The translations under genes were made by a program, and so were the position numbers. From NCBI GenBank assembly GCA_963775685.1, contig CAVZJV010000014.1, positions 2,080,001 to 2,144,000 of the forward strand: 64,000 nt of DNA, in the 5' to 3' direction. This document shows positions 39,434 to 49,284 of this stretch, one piece after another. The stretch's first letter is position 1. Every line of letters starts with the position of its first letter. The DNA is from Candidatus Bathyarchaeota archaeon. GTDB taxonomy: Archaea > Thermoproteota > Bathyarchaeia > Bathyarchaeales > Bathycorpusculaceae. The notes under the pieces were generated by a model, which worked only from the letters and a program-made list of their open reading frames with translations, was not told the DNA's origin and did not search any database.

Positions 39434-41632
39434 TTGATGATTTTTGACAACAAAACCTTAGAGGCTGCAATTTTCGACATGGATGGAACCATGTTCGATA
39501 CTGAAAGGTTACGCTTTAAGATGCTAAAACAAGCCTCTAAGGAAATCTTCGGAAAGGAAATCTCAGACCAAATCCTCTACGATTCTCTGGGGGTAAGTGC
39601 TGTGACTGCTGAAAAGCTTGCAAAAGAATGTTATGGCGATGATTATCCTTATAAAAAAATAAGAGAACGAGCAGATGAGCTGGAAAGAGGATATGTGAGA
39701 AAAAATGGGGTCCCTGTTAAAGAGGGTCTTTATAATTTACTTGAACGCCTAAAGAAAAATGAGGTGCTTATCGCTTTGGCTACGTCAAGCCGGCGAGAAA
39801 TTGCTGAAGAATATCTGCTCAATGCCCGAGTGCTTAGATTTTTTGATATAACCGTGTGTGGTGAGGACGTCGAAAAAGGAAAACCTGACCCTGAGATATT
39901 TCTCAAAGCGGCAAGTGAACTCAATTGTGAGCCTGCTAACTGTTTTATTTTTGAAGATTCACAAAACGGTCTTTTATCTGCAAGTGCTGCCGGCGGAATA
40001 CCTATTTTCTTTAAGGATATAAAGGAACCCGATTCAGAGGTTAAGGTACTTGCGTATAGAGCATATGAAAAAATGACGGATTTTTTGGATGAACTTATTC
40101 AGCAGATGCCCAAACTGCCAATGCCGCATCTTAATGAGCATTTTCCACAAAGTGTAGGTCACACGGTTGTAGGAATACACGGGTTTGGTGCGATAGGCGG
40201 CGGTTATCTTGCACAAATTTTTTCCCACTGGGACGGATACACAAGACCGCACCAGATAATCGGAGCTACAAATAATCGTGTTATGCGCCAGTTGATAAAC
40301 GCGCTGGGCAAATACCAAGTGAAGTACGAAAGACTTGCATTATTTCAAAAAATAACAAACGTTACAATTATTGATATGAACGATGAAGTCCAGATGATTG
40401 ATATGTACAAAAAAGCGCAAATAATAGGGTTGTCTCTTACAGAGCAAGGCATTAGATTTCAGGCAAAGACCATTGCAAAAGGATTGATAGAAAGATATGA
40501 GCACACTGGCCAAAGCATCACTTTGCTTATTGTCATGAACAAAATTAATTCGGCAAGATATGTCAAAAATCATGTTGAAAACTCCCTCAAAGCACTCGGT
40601 GGTGAAGAAAAAACGAAAAAAATTATAGAGCGTTCATTTTTCACTGAAACAGTGGTTAACAGGATAGTGTCAAAAATACCTGACGATATTATTTTATCAA
40701 ACGTTCAAAAAGAATTACATCGAATGCACACCTGCATTTCCGAATATTCCCAAAGAATGAAAGAAATTTCTGAGGTTTTGTGTGCTTATTTTTCAGAAAT
40801 CAATTCCATTAAAAAAAGTAAATCAACAAAAGACGAAAATAATGAACTTTATCAGACAATTAACCTTGCAGGTAATGTTTCGTCTGTAACTCACTTCGCT
40901 CGTGAACTCTCAAAACTGAATGTTACAATGTTTAGTAGCGAACCCGATATGCCAATTTACGCAAATAAAGGCAGTCCCATTTTGGAGCGATTAAGACAAG
41001 TGGTGGTCGTTGAAAACATAAAATCAATGCAAAATATAAAAAATAAATTGTCAAACGGAACACATGCGATAATTGCATGGTATTCGGCTCTTTTAGGGTA
41101 CAAAACTATTGGTCAAGGTATGGGTGATTTAAGGGTGTCAAAACTTGCTGAACACATCATTATAAAGGAGATTAGACCAGCGTTGCTTATTGAAAATCCC
41201 AATTCTAAGCATTACATAAATTCAATAACCTCAAATTTTTTTAAACGTTGCCGTTCTTCGTTTAAAGATGCATGTTCAAGAGTTGGAAGAGATCCTCTGA
41301 GAAAACTTCAATTCGGAGAACGAATAATGGGCACAATCGAGTTGGCACAAAAACATGGATTAGATACCGGCGGCTTGGAATTTGGCGCCGCCTGTGCAAT
41401 TATGTATTCTGTTTTGTCCATAAATGAGCATGATATGGAAGCTTTAAAAATCAAACAGTTGTACGAAAAAAATCACTCTATTGCAGATGTTATTACATAT
41501 AATGGTGAGTATAATAAAACAAAATATTCAGGTCTCGACATAAACAAAGATGATCAATTAATTAAGAGGATACAAGAATCCTTTAATGAGTTAAAGAAAG
41601 AGTTGGCGTCTTCAGGCGTAAGAACGCAGTAA
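39434..41632 (+). CDS. mtlD: bifunctional HAD phosphatase / mannitol-1-phosphate dehydrogenase (Acinetobacter-type MtlD)
   Basis: N-terminal HAD: FDMDGT, TSS, GKPDP, FEDS; dehydrogenase: VGIHGFGAIGGGY.AQI.SHWDGYT.P, TVVNR, KN.L.NG.HA, D...RV.RDPLRKL...ER. Confidence 0.88.
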   Translation: MMIFDNKTLEAAIFDMDGTMFDTERLRFKMLKQASKEIFGKEISDQILYDSLGVSAVTAEKLAKECYGDDYPYKKIRERADELERGYVRKNGVPVKEGLYNLLERLKKNEVLIALATSSRREIAEEYLLNARVLRFFDITVCGEDVEKGKPDPEIFLKAASELNCEPANCFIFEDSQNGLLSASAAGGIPIFFKDIKEPDSEVKVLAYRAYEKMTDFLDELIQQMPKLPMPHLNEHFPQSVGHTVVGIHGFGAIGGGYLAQIFSHWDGYTRPHQIIGATNNRVMRQLINALGKYQVKYERLALFQKITNVTIIDMNDEVQMIDMYKKAQIIGLSLTEQGIRFQAKTIAKGLIERYEHTGQSITLLIVMNKINSARYVKNHVENSLKALGGEEKTKKIIERSFFTETVVNRIVSKIPDDIILSNVQKELHRMHTCISEYSQRMKEISEVLCAYFSEINSIKKSKSTKDENNELYQTINLAGNVSSVTHFARELSKLNVTMFSSEPDMPIYANKGSPILERLRQVVVVENIKSMQNIKNKLSNGTHAIIAWYSALLGYKTIGQGMGDLRVSKLAEHIIIKEIRPALLIENPNSKHYINSITSNFFKRCRSSFKDACSRVGRDPLRKLQFGERIMGTIELAQKHGLDTGGLEFGAACAIMYSVLSINEHDMEALKIKQLYEKNHSIADVITYNGEYNKTKYSGLDINKDDQLIKRIQESFNELKKELASSGVRTQ

Positions 41633-41741
41633 CAGACATTTTTCGTTAACGGCTGATGGTAGTTTTTGGAAGAGAAGGTTTAAATAAATACCGCCATATT
41701 TCGTATATGCTTTAAGTTAAAAAAACGGATGAAAATTTAGC

Positions 41742-42227
41742 ATGTCACAGCAGGAATATCGCTATATACTTCGTATCATGGGTACAGATGTTCAAGGTAC
41801 CCTTAAGACTTCTTACGCGGTAGCGCAAGTTAAAGGCTTAAGCTCAGCGCTCTCTAATGCCATCCTCAGAAAGGCAGGAGTAAACCCTGACCTTCGTGTT
41901 GGCTTTATAACAGAGTCAGACATCTCAAAGATCGAGGATGTCATCCGGGACCCAGTTAAATATGGTATTCCCGGCTGGATGTTTAACCGTCGAAAAGACT
42001 CAGACTCCGGAAAAGACAATCATATTTTGAGCGCTGACCTTGCGTTGAAGATTAAAACTGACATTGATGGAGCCAAAGAAATCAGATCTTGGCGTGGATA
42101 CCGCCATGCTTACAGCTTGAAGGTACGTGGTCAAAGAACAAAAACCACTGGACGAGCAGGCAAAGCATTGGGAGTTAAGAAGAAGACTCTAATGCAGAAG
42201 TCAGGTGGAGCTGAAGGAGGCAAATAA
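41742..42227 (+). CDS. rps13: 30S ribosomal protein S13
   Basis: IP.W..NRRKD, W.G.RH...L.VRGQRT.TTGR. Confidence 0.97.
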   Translation: MSQQEYRYILRIMGTDVQGTLKTSYAVAQVKGLSSALSNAILRKAGVNPDLRVGFITESDISKIEDVIRDPVKYGIPGWMFNRRKDSDSGKDNHILSADLALKIKTDIDGAKEIRSWRGYRHAYSLKVRGQRTKTTGRAGKALGVKKKTLMQKSGGAEGGK

Positions 42228-42229
42228 GC

Positions 42230-42820
42230 GTGGGTGATCCAAAGAAACAGCGTAAGAAATTTGATACTCCTCGTTTCCGGTGGCGTAAAGATGTTCTCCA
42301 AGAAGAGCTTAAACTCTTGGGGCAATTTGGCTTAAGAAACAAGCATGAACTCTGGCGACATAAAACTACTTTGTCCAAAAACAGAAGTATCGCTCGTTCA
42401 CTTATCAGCAAATCCACAGAAGAACGTGCAAAAATGGAAAATGAACTGCTCGCACAGCTCAAAAAGAAAGGCATACTACAGGAGACTGCGGTGTTGGATA
42501 ACGTTTTAGATTTAACCATCGAAGACATATTGGAACGTAGACTGCAAACAATAGTTTTCCGCAAAGGCTTAGCCAGAACCATTTTCCAATCGCGCCAACT
42601 AATCACACACGGACACATTACAATTGACGGTCGCCGAGTAACCATTCCCGGCTACATAGTGCCCAAAGAAGCTGAGGCAAAAATCGTTTATTCACCCGCG
42701 AGTGCAATTGCTGACCAAGTTCACCCATTAAGAGTTGGATTAACAGTCGTAGCTAAACAGCCCGAAATTAGGGCTCCTGCCAGAGGCCGCAGAGGCGGAA
42801 GAGGAGGCGGCAGATTCTGA
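42230..42820 (+). CDS. rps4: 30S ribosomal protein S4
   Basis: MGDPKK.RKK..TP, GLRNK.E.W, LERRLQT, RQLI.HGHI. Confidence 0.97.
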   Translation: MGDPKKQRKKFDTPRFRWRKDVLQEELKLLGQFGLRNKHELWRHKTTLSKNRSIARSLISKSTEERAKMENELLAQLKKKGILQETAVLDNVLDLTIEDILERRLQTIVFRKGLARTIFQSRQLITHGHITIDGRRVTIPGYIVPKEAEAKIVYSPASAIADQVHPLRVGLTVVAKQPEIRAPARGRRGGRGGGRF

Positions 42821-43224
42821 GCGCTCCCAACAACAAGCGGAACGAGAAATGGGCAATTGTCCACATATTCAGTAGCTACAACAACACCTTAATCCACATA
42901 ACCGACATATCTGGTGCAGAAACCATCTCTCGCACCACAGGTGGCATGTTCGTCAAAGCTGACCGCATGGAGTCGTCCCCATACGCTGCTATGCGTGCAT
43001 CTACAGCCGCAGCCGAAATAGCTAGGGACAAGGGAATAACAGCCATCCACATCAAAGTCCGCGCTCCAGGTGGCGCAGGACCAAGAACTCCCGGACCAGG
43101 TGCCCAAGCAGCTATTCGAGCATTAGCCAGATTTGGTTTCCGCATTGAACGTATTGAAGAAGTTACACCAATTCCCCATGATGGTACAAGAAGGCCCGGT
43201 GGCCGAAGAGGCAGAAGAGTCTAA
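42817..43224 (+). CDS. rps11: 30S ribosomal protein S11 (probable non-canonical CTG start)
   Basis: Conserved [26 protein letters not shown] lies in frame upstream of the first ATG (42946); [28 protein letters not shown]. Confidence 0.93.
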   Translation: MSAPNNKRNEKWAIVHIFSSYNNTLIHITDISGAETISRTTGGMFVKADRMESSPYAAMRASTAAAEIARDKGITAIHIKVRAPGGAGPRTPGPGAQAAIRALARFGFRIERIEEVTPIPHDGTRRPGGRRGRRV

Positions 43225-43274
43225 TCTGCATTATCTCCCTTTATTTGATAGTAAATTATTGGAGTGTCTAGCAA

Positions 43275-44090
43275 GTGAAAATAGAAGTCCTTGAAAAAAC
43301 CGATACCAACCTCCGTATAGTCGTCAGAGATACCGACGTGCCCTTAATGAATGCTCTGAGGCGCATAGCACTTGCTGAAGTTCCCTGCATGGCGATCGAA
43401 GAAGTAGTCATGATAGAAAACTCCTCAATTCTCCAAGACGAAATAATAGCCCACAGACTGGGACTCACTCCCCTCAAGACTGATTTAGACGCGTACAATC
43501 TTCCTGAAGAATGCGAATGCAAAAGCGAATTCGGCTGTACACAGTGTCGCGTCACATTAACTCTTGACGCAGAGGCAAAGGATGGTACAAGAACAGTTTA
43601 CTCAGGAGAGATTGTGTCTGAAAACCAGGAAATCGTACCTGTCTCAGACAAAATTCCTATAATTAAACTAGCAAAAAACCAGAAACTAAAGCTTGAAGCC
43701 TACGCGAGGCTTGGGAAGGGTAAAACACATGCCAAGTGGCAGCCAGTTTCCATGTGCGCATACAAATATTACCCAAAAATAGCAACTCCAACTGGCAAAT
43801 GTGAAGGATGCCAAAAATGCGCTGACATCTGTCCCAAGAAAGTATACGTTGTCAAGGACGAGAAAATTGAAGTCCGCGACCTCATGGCCTGTAATCTTTG
43901 CATGGACTGTGTTGACGCTTGCCCACAGAAGCCTTCACCTCTAAAAGTTGAATGGGAAAAGAACGCTTTTGTTATGAACGTAGAGTCTACTGGTGCGCTT
44001 CTTCCGGATCGTGTCTTAAAAGAAGCCACTAAACTGTTAGGTAAACAACTAAACGAGTTTGAAGAACTAATAAAGGCTGAACCACAATGA
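43275..44090 (+). CDS. rpoD: RNA polymerase subunit D (Rpo3) with ferredoxin-like Fe-S domain
   Basis: NALRR, DE..AHRLGL, HAKWQP; CEGCQKCADICP and CNLCMDCVDACP. Confidence 0.97.
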   Translation: MKIEVLEKTDTNLRIVVRDTDVPLMNALRRIALAEVPCMAIEEVVMIENSSILQDEIIAHRLGLTPLKTDLDAYNLPEECECKSEFGCTQCRVTLTLDAEAKDGTRTVYSGEIVSENQEIVPVSDKIPIIKLAKNQKLKLEAYARLGKGKTHAKWQPVSMCAYKYYPKIATPTGKCEGCQKCADICPKKVYVVKDEKIEVRDLMACNLCMDCVDACPQKPSPLKVEWEKNAFVMNVESTGALLPDRVLKEATKLLGKQLNEFEELIKAEPQ

Positions 44091-44449
44091 GACAAACCAA
44101 AACTACAAACCCACAATTGATCAATCTTATAGGTCTTCTAAAGAAGGAAAGCCGCGAGAAACAGGCAGCTATCTGGCTAGATGTTGCTGACCACTTGGCA
44201 AAATCACGCAGCCAAAGTGTGTCCGTTAATTTAAGCCAGCTAAACAGGCACACAAAAAAAGCAGATTTTGTGGTTGTTCCAGGCAAAATCTTGGGTGCAG
44301 GCAGCATTGACCACGCGTTAACTGTGGCTTCCTTTGGCATCTCTGAAGCCGCAAAGGCAAAGCTTGAGGCTGTAAAAGCGAAACACCTCACGATTCCTGA
44401 GTTGATGGAGAAAAACCCTAAAGGCTCAAACGTTAAAATTATTCGGTGA
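44087..44449 (+). CDS. rpl18e: 50S ribosomal protein L18e
   Basis: TNP.L..LI..L, VNL..L, VVPGK.LG.G, NPKGS. Confidence 0.96.
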   Translation: MRQTKTTNPQLINLIGLLKKESREKQAAIWLDVADHLAKSRSQSVSVNLSQLNRHTKKADFVVVPGKILGAGSIDHALTVASFGISEAAKAKLEAVKAKHLTIPELMEKNPKGSNVKIIR

Positions 44450-44904
44450 AAAATATGCAAGCAACAAGAAAACCATCAGTTACATTGGTAAACGCTGAGG
44501 GCTTAATCGTTGGCCGCATGTGCAGTAAAGTTGCCAAAAGATTGCTAAACGGCGAAGAAGTAATCATACTTAACGCGGAGAAAGCCGTTTTCTCGGGTAA
44601 ACGCAAAAGCAAAGTCGCTGAAGCCCACCTATTCCTTGAAGTTGGCGCTCCACAACGCGGTCCATTCCACTATCGAAGACCTGACCGCTTTCTACGAAAG
44701 ACCGTTCGCGGCATGCTCCCCTTCAAGCAGCCTAAAGGCAAAAACGCCTATAAACGACTAAAAGTGTTCATGGGGATCCCACTTGAGCTTAAAGACAAAG
44801 AAATGATTACATTCACAGAAGCTTCAGTAGCCGATCTCAAGGGTCCACATTTTACCCTGGGAGAAATGGCGACTGAAATCGGATGGAGAAACAGGATGGA
44901 ATAA
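44446..44904 (+). CDS. rpl13: 50S ribosomal protein L13
   Basis: GR..S.VAK.LL.G, N.EK...SG, GP...R.P......VRGMLP. Confidence 0.96.
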   Translation: MKNMQATRKPSVTLVNAEGLIVGRMCSKVAKRLLNGEEVIILNAEKAVFSGKRKSKVAEAHLFLEVGAPQRGPFHYRRPDRFLRKTVRGMLPFKQPKGKNAYKRLKVFMGIPLELKDKEMITFTEASVADLKGPHFTLGEMATEIGWRNRME

Positions 44905-44906
44905 TT

Positions 44907-45317
44907 ATGCCCGCAAAAAAAGTCTTAGTTGTTAGTGGAAAACGAAAAACCGCAGTTGCCCGTGCCATAGTTAAACAAGGCGTTGGCAAAGTACGAATAA
45001 ACTTAACTCCAGTTGAAATAGTTGAACCTGATATTGCTCGAGCAAAAATCATGGAACCCCTCTTGCAGGCAGGTGGTGACGTTTGGCAACAACTTGACAT
45101 GGACGTTAAGACCAGCGGCGGAGGTTACATGGGACAGGCAGAAGCAGCCCGCATGGCAATCTCAAACGCACTCCTAAAATGGACAAGGAGCACGCACCTG
45201 CGCACAGTTTTTAACGAGTACGACCGAACCATGATTGCTGGAGACAGCCGGACCAAAGAAACAAAGAAAGTCGGCGGAGCAGGCGCACGATCCAAAGAAC
45301 AGAAAAGCTACAGATAA
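44907..45317 (+). CDS. rps9: 30S ribosomal protein S9
   Basis: [20 protein letters not shown]-terminal QKSYR. Confidence 0.96.
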   Translation: MPAKKVLVVSGKRKTAVARAIVKQGVGKVRINLTPVEIVEPDIARAKIMEPLLQAGGDVWQQLDMDVKTSGGGYMGQAEAARMAISNALLKWTRSTHLRTVFNEYDRTMIAGDSRTKETKKVGGAGARSKEQKSYR

Positions 45318-45330
45318 GGAGAAAACAAGA

Positions 45331-45561
45331 ATGATTATTCCCGTTAGATGCTTCACTTGCGGCAAATTGGTTGGTGACCGATGGGATGAATTCACACGCC
45401 GCATCAAGACAGGCGAGAACGCCAGCGATGTATTGGACAGCTTGGGATTGAAACGATACTGTTGTCGACGTATGTTGCTCTCTAACGTGGAAATCATCGA
45501 CGAAGTGTTGCGGTTCTACGAAGAAGCAGAGAAGCGTAAAGAAGCCCACAACTTCTACTAA
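45331..45561 (+). CDS. rpoN: RNA polymerase subunit N (Rpo10)
   Basis: [26 protein letters not shown]. Confidence 0.97.
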   Translation: MIIPVRCFTCGKLVGDRWDEFTRRIKTGENASDVLDSLGLKRYCCRRMLLSNVEIIDEVLRFYEEAEKRKEAHNFY

Positions 45562-45826
45562 CTATTTCTTTAAATTATTGACAATTTATGCCCAAAAAGT
45601 TAGATCAATCTCTGTGTGACCTGTCCCTCTCTTTAAATGGAGATCATTCGTGGATACTGCCTTTTACTCGATGACTTTCCACCCAAAATGAAACAATTAA
45701 TTCTATATCGAAAAAAGGTTCATTAAGGATAGCTTTCATGATTCTGTGCAAAAGATGTGGATTCTAAAGTGTTGAAAGCCAGACATAGCCTAAATATGAA
45801 AAACATCTGAAACAAGTAAAGAAGAG

Positions 45827-46630
45827 TTAGTGGGAGTATAGTTTTTCGTAAGGTCTCTTTGAGAGTGGCAGTATCTTTTTGAATTTACTAGTGAGAATTA
45901 CTCTGGGGTCGGCACCGAAATGGCTACAGTATTCGTTGACTAAGCCTTCGATTGTGTTCATGTCGCGTTTGCCCACCGGTTGGGTTTTAGTTCCATTTAC
46001 AGGTTCGAGGATGTCGCCGCGTTCGTAGATAACTCCGCCATGCATGCCTGTTCCCACAAACCTTGCTTTGCATTTGTCGCCTTCTTTTAGGTTTAGGCCC
46101 AAGATAAGAATAACTCCTCCTGCCATGTACTCTGCGAGGAAGTCGCCTGCTGTTTCACCGATGACGATTTGGGGAATTTTACGTTGGTACTCTTTCATGT
46201 GTATTCCGACTCGGTAGCCGACGTAGTCTTTGACGAAGATTTTGCCGCCTCGCATTGAGTGACCCGTTAAGTCTCCAGCGTGTCCATGAACGATTATTTG
46301 TCCATCGTTCATGGTGTTACCGCTTGCGTCTTGTGCACTGCCGTGGATTACCATTTTTGGTCCGCTCATAAACGCGCCAAGGTCATTGCCGGGGGTTCCG
46401 TAAACGTCGATTTGTATTGTAGTATCTAAATCTGTTCCAAGGTATCTTTGTCCGCAAACGTTGTGCAGTTCTATGCGTTCCACGTCACCTGTGATTACTG
46501 CTCTAAGGAGACAGTTTAGTTCTCTGTAGTAGAGTCCTTCCGCGTTGATTTTGACTAATTTGCCTTCAGTTTTTATTCGAGGCTGGTACTTTGTGTCGAT
46601 TTCTAAGGGTTTACATTTTTGTTGTTGCAT
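45827..46630 (-). CDS. glutamate synthase GXGXG beta-helix subunit (GltB3)
   Basis: GQRY.G, GTPGNDLG.FM.G, GEYMAGG-type GXGXG repeats. Confidence 0.9.
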   Translation of the reverse strand: MQQQKCKPLEIDTKYQPRIKTEGKLVKINAEGLYYRELNCLLRAVITGDVERIELHNVCGQRYLGTDLDTTIQIDVYGTPGNDLGAFMSGPKMVIHGSAQDASGNTMNDGQIIVHGHAGDLTGHSMRGGKIFVKDYVGYRVGIHMKEYQRKIPQIVIGETAGDFLAEYMAGGVILILGLNLKEGDKCKARFVGTGMHGGVIYERGDILEPVNGTKTQPVGKRDMNTIEGLVNEYCSHFGADPRVILTSKFKKILPLSKRPYEKLYSH

Positions 46631-46633
46631 TTT

Positions 46634-48145
46634 TTAGGCTCCTGCCATTTTAATGCCAAGTATCTTGAGTTCAGTCTTGGTCAAACCGACGCCTCGCAGG
46701 GCTAGTCGGTTTCCACGCAGGCTTTCAATGGCGTTTATGCCCATTCCGCCCATCATATCCTTAATTTCAAGACTCCAGCTGTTGAGCAAGTTAACGAGTC
46801 GTTTGGATGCGATGTCGGGATTGATGCGTTTGCTAATCCACGGGTCACTGGTTGCGATACCCCATGGGCATTTGCCCGTGTAGCAACGTTGGCAAACCGT
46901 GCAGCCTATAGCAATCAAAGCGGCAGTTCCAATATATACTGCATCAGCACCCAAAGCTATCGCTTTAAACACATCTGCTGCACCTCGGAATCCTCCAGCC
47001 GCCACAATGGAAGCATTATTTCTTATGCCTTCATCGCGAAGTCTTTGGTCTACTTGTGCAATGGCTAACTCGATGGGGATTCCTACGTTATCTCGAATGA
47101 CTTTAGGTGCTGCGCCTGTGGCCCCTCTAATACCGTCAAGGGCGATGATGTCTGCACCAGCCCGTACCATGCCGCTTGCGATTGCGGGTACATTGTGGAC
47201 CGCTGCGATTTTTACAGAGATGGGTTTGGTGTAGTTTGTGGCTTCCTTAAGGGCATAGATTAATTGACCAAGGTCCTCGATTGAATAGATGTCGTGTTGA
47301 GGTGCTGGTGAGAGTGCGTCTGTGCCTTGGGGAATCATGCGAGTTTTTGCTACGTGCTCGGTGACTTTTTCACCTGGCAAGTGACCGCCGATGCCTGGTT
47401 TTGCGCCTTGGCCGATCTTGATTTCGACGGCTGCGCCTGCGTCAAGATAGCCAGCGTGGACTCCGAATCTGCCCGAAGCAACCTGTACGATAGTGTGGGC
47501 ACCATACTTGTAGAGGCTCTTGTCTAATCCTCCTTCACCCGTGTTCCAATAAGTTCCACATTCTGTTGCGGCACGAGCCAAGGATTCATGCACATTTAAG
47601 CTGACTGCGCCATAAGACATAGCTGAAAACATGATTGGCGTATCCAAGCAAAGTTGGGGAGTCAACTGAGTTTTTAATATTGTCTCACCGTTTTCAACTG
47701 TTAAATCTAAGCGGTCGGGTTTTGCTCCAAGGTATGTGCGGATTTCCATGGGTTCACGCAACGGGTCGATTGATGGGTTTGTGACCTGGCTTGCGTTTAA
47801 GAGTAGTCGATCCCAGTACGTATATTCTGGTTTGTCGCAGCCCATGCCCGTTAAGATTACGCCTCCGCTTTCAGCTTGCTTTTTCACATCGCGGATTGCT
47901 TCCATTCTCCAGTTAGCGTTTTCTCTGCTGACGTTCGGATTCTTTTTGATTGTTATGGCATGGGTGGGGCAGAAAGTTACGCATCGCTGACAATTGACGC
48001 AGTTCTCATCTTTGCTGCAGATGGTGTCGGTTTCTGCATCGTAGGAATGGGTTTCGTAAGTGCATTGGTTAACGCATACTTTGCAGCGTATACAACGTTT
48101 CTCGTCTCGTTCAACTAAGTATTCAGGTATTAAGTAGGTTTTCAT
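46634..48145 (-). CDS. glutamate synthase FMN-binding subunit (GltB2) with N-terminal 2x[4Fe-4S]
   Basis: AMSYGA.S, NTGEGG, QVASGRFGV, EIKIGQGAKPG.GGHLPG.KV, PAP.HDIYSIEDL, Cx2Cx2Cx4CP; start moved to ATG 48145. Confidence 0.95.
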   Translation of the reverse strand: MKTYLIPEYLVERDEKRCIRCKVCVNQCTYETHSYDAETDTICSKDENCVNCQRCVTFCPTHAITIKKNPNVSRENANWRMEAIRDVKKQAESGGVILTGMGCDKPEYTYWDRLLLNASQVTNPSIDPLREPMEIRTYLGAKPDRLDLTVENGETILKTQLTPQLCLDTPIMFSAMSYGAVSLNVHESLARAATECGTYWNTGEGGLDKSLYKYGAHTIVQVASGRFGVHAGYLDAGAAVEIKIGQGAKPGIGGHLPGEKVTEHVAKTRMIPQGTDALSPAPQHDIYSIEDLGQLIYALKEATNYTKPISVKIAAVHNVPAIASGMVRAGADIIALDGIRGATGAAPKVIRDNVGIPIELAIAQVDQRLRDEGIRNNASIVAAGGFRGAADVFKAIALGADAVYIGTAALIAIGCTVCQRCYTGKCPWGIATSDPWISKRINPDIASKRLVNLLNSWSLEIKDMMGGMGINAIESLRGNRLALRGVGLTKTELKILGIKMAGA

Positions 48146-49284
48146 TACACTGAGTCTCCAACGAGGATTTCTGCAGCCCTCTGGCTGTTGTTTTTTAATC
48201 TGGCAACCACGGGTTCGCCGCCTCGGGGGCACCAAAACTTGTCTATGGTTGGAGAAACCAGTCGCATAGCTGATTCCTCAGAGGACAAGTACACGTAGTC
48301 ATCGTGTGTGCCTGCGACCATAGGTCGCAGTTTGATTCTATCGGTTAACCCTATCATTTCGCCATGGTGCGCGATGACTATGCTGAATGGTCCGTTCATG
48401 AGTAGGCTTCCGTAGGTTTGACGAAGGGTTCTTAGCAAGTTTGCTTGTTTGGGGTCCATATTGTCTATTTCACTCCAAAGTGGAGCAGCCAGCACTTGAG
48501 CCACCAAATCAATGGGTAGGCGTTGTCTTCTCATGAGCAAATCCACGGCGTACGCTAACACTTCAGTATCTGTTTGCATGGTGCATTTGTAACCGTACAT
48601 TTCCAAATAGCGACGGTTTATGCCGTACGATGACAGCTCACCGTTATGCACAACTGTCCAATCCAGAATGTTGAATGGGTGTGCTCCGCCCCACCAACCG
48701 GGGGTGTTTGTGGGAAATCGGCTGTGGCATGACCAAAGGTATCCTTGGTAATCTTCTAAACAGAAGAACTCTGCAACATCTTCCGGAAAACCGACGCCTT
48801 TGAAGACGCCCATGTCTTTGCCGCTTGAGAAGACAAATGCCTTGCCTGTTTCAGTGTTAATCCGCATGACCGCTTCTATCACGTAATCTTCTTCAGTTTG
48901 GTTTTCTGGTCTTTGTTTTTTGGGTTCAACAAAGTAACGCCAGACTAATGGGGGGTTGCGTACTTTGGCAGGTTTTGTTTGCATTTCTTCGTCGAAAACT
49001 ATGTCAAATTTTGAAGCGAGGATGCGGTCGGTTTTCTCTTTGGCGTCCTTGCTTAGGTACATTACATGGAATGCGTAGCAATATTTGAATTGTGGATATA
49101 TGCCGTAGACTGCGAAACCTCCTCCTAAGCCGTTTCCGCGGTCATGCATGTTTGCCATGGCGCGAACGGGGTCTTTTGAGCCGAAACGTTTGCCTTCAGT
49201 GTTCATAGCAGCGAATATGCCACAGGCTGAGAAATCCTTGTCGTCGCCGAATGGGTTGATTACTTTTCTGTCATTTTGATTCAT
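48145..49284 (-). CDS. glutamate synthase glutamine amidotransferase subunit (GltB1, Ntn type)
   Basis: ACGI processing/catalytic Cys, RGNGLGGG, H.RFPTN, AHPF, VHNGE, TDTE, DR..LRP. Confidence 0.92.
   Translation of the reverse strand: MNQNDRKVINPFGDDKDFSACGIFAAMNTEGKRFGSKDPVRAMANMHDRGNGLGGGFAVYGIYPQFKYCYAFHVMYLSKDAKEKTDRILASKFDIVFDEEMQTKPAKVRNPPLVWRYFVEPKKQRPENQTEEDYVIEAVMRINTETGKAFVFSSGKDMGVFKGVGFPEDVAEFFCLEDYQGYLWSCHSRFPTNTPGWWGGAHPFNILDWTVVHNGELSSYGINRRYLEMYGYKCTMQTDTEVLAYAVDLLMRRQRLPIDLVAQVLAAPLWSEIDNMDPKQANLLRTLRQTYGSLLMNGPFSIVIAHHGEMIGLTDRIKLRPMVAGTHDDYVYLSSEESAMRLVSPTIDKFWCPRGGEPVVARLKNNSQRAAEILVGDSV

Noticed and set aside
43790-43930. Ferredoxin motifs in RpoD
   Set aside because: Known feature of many archaeal Rpo3 subunits
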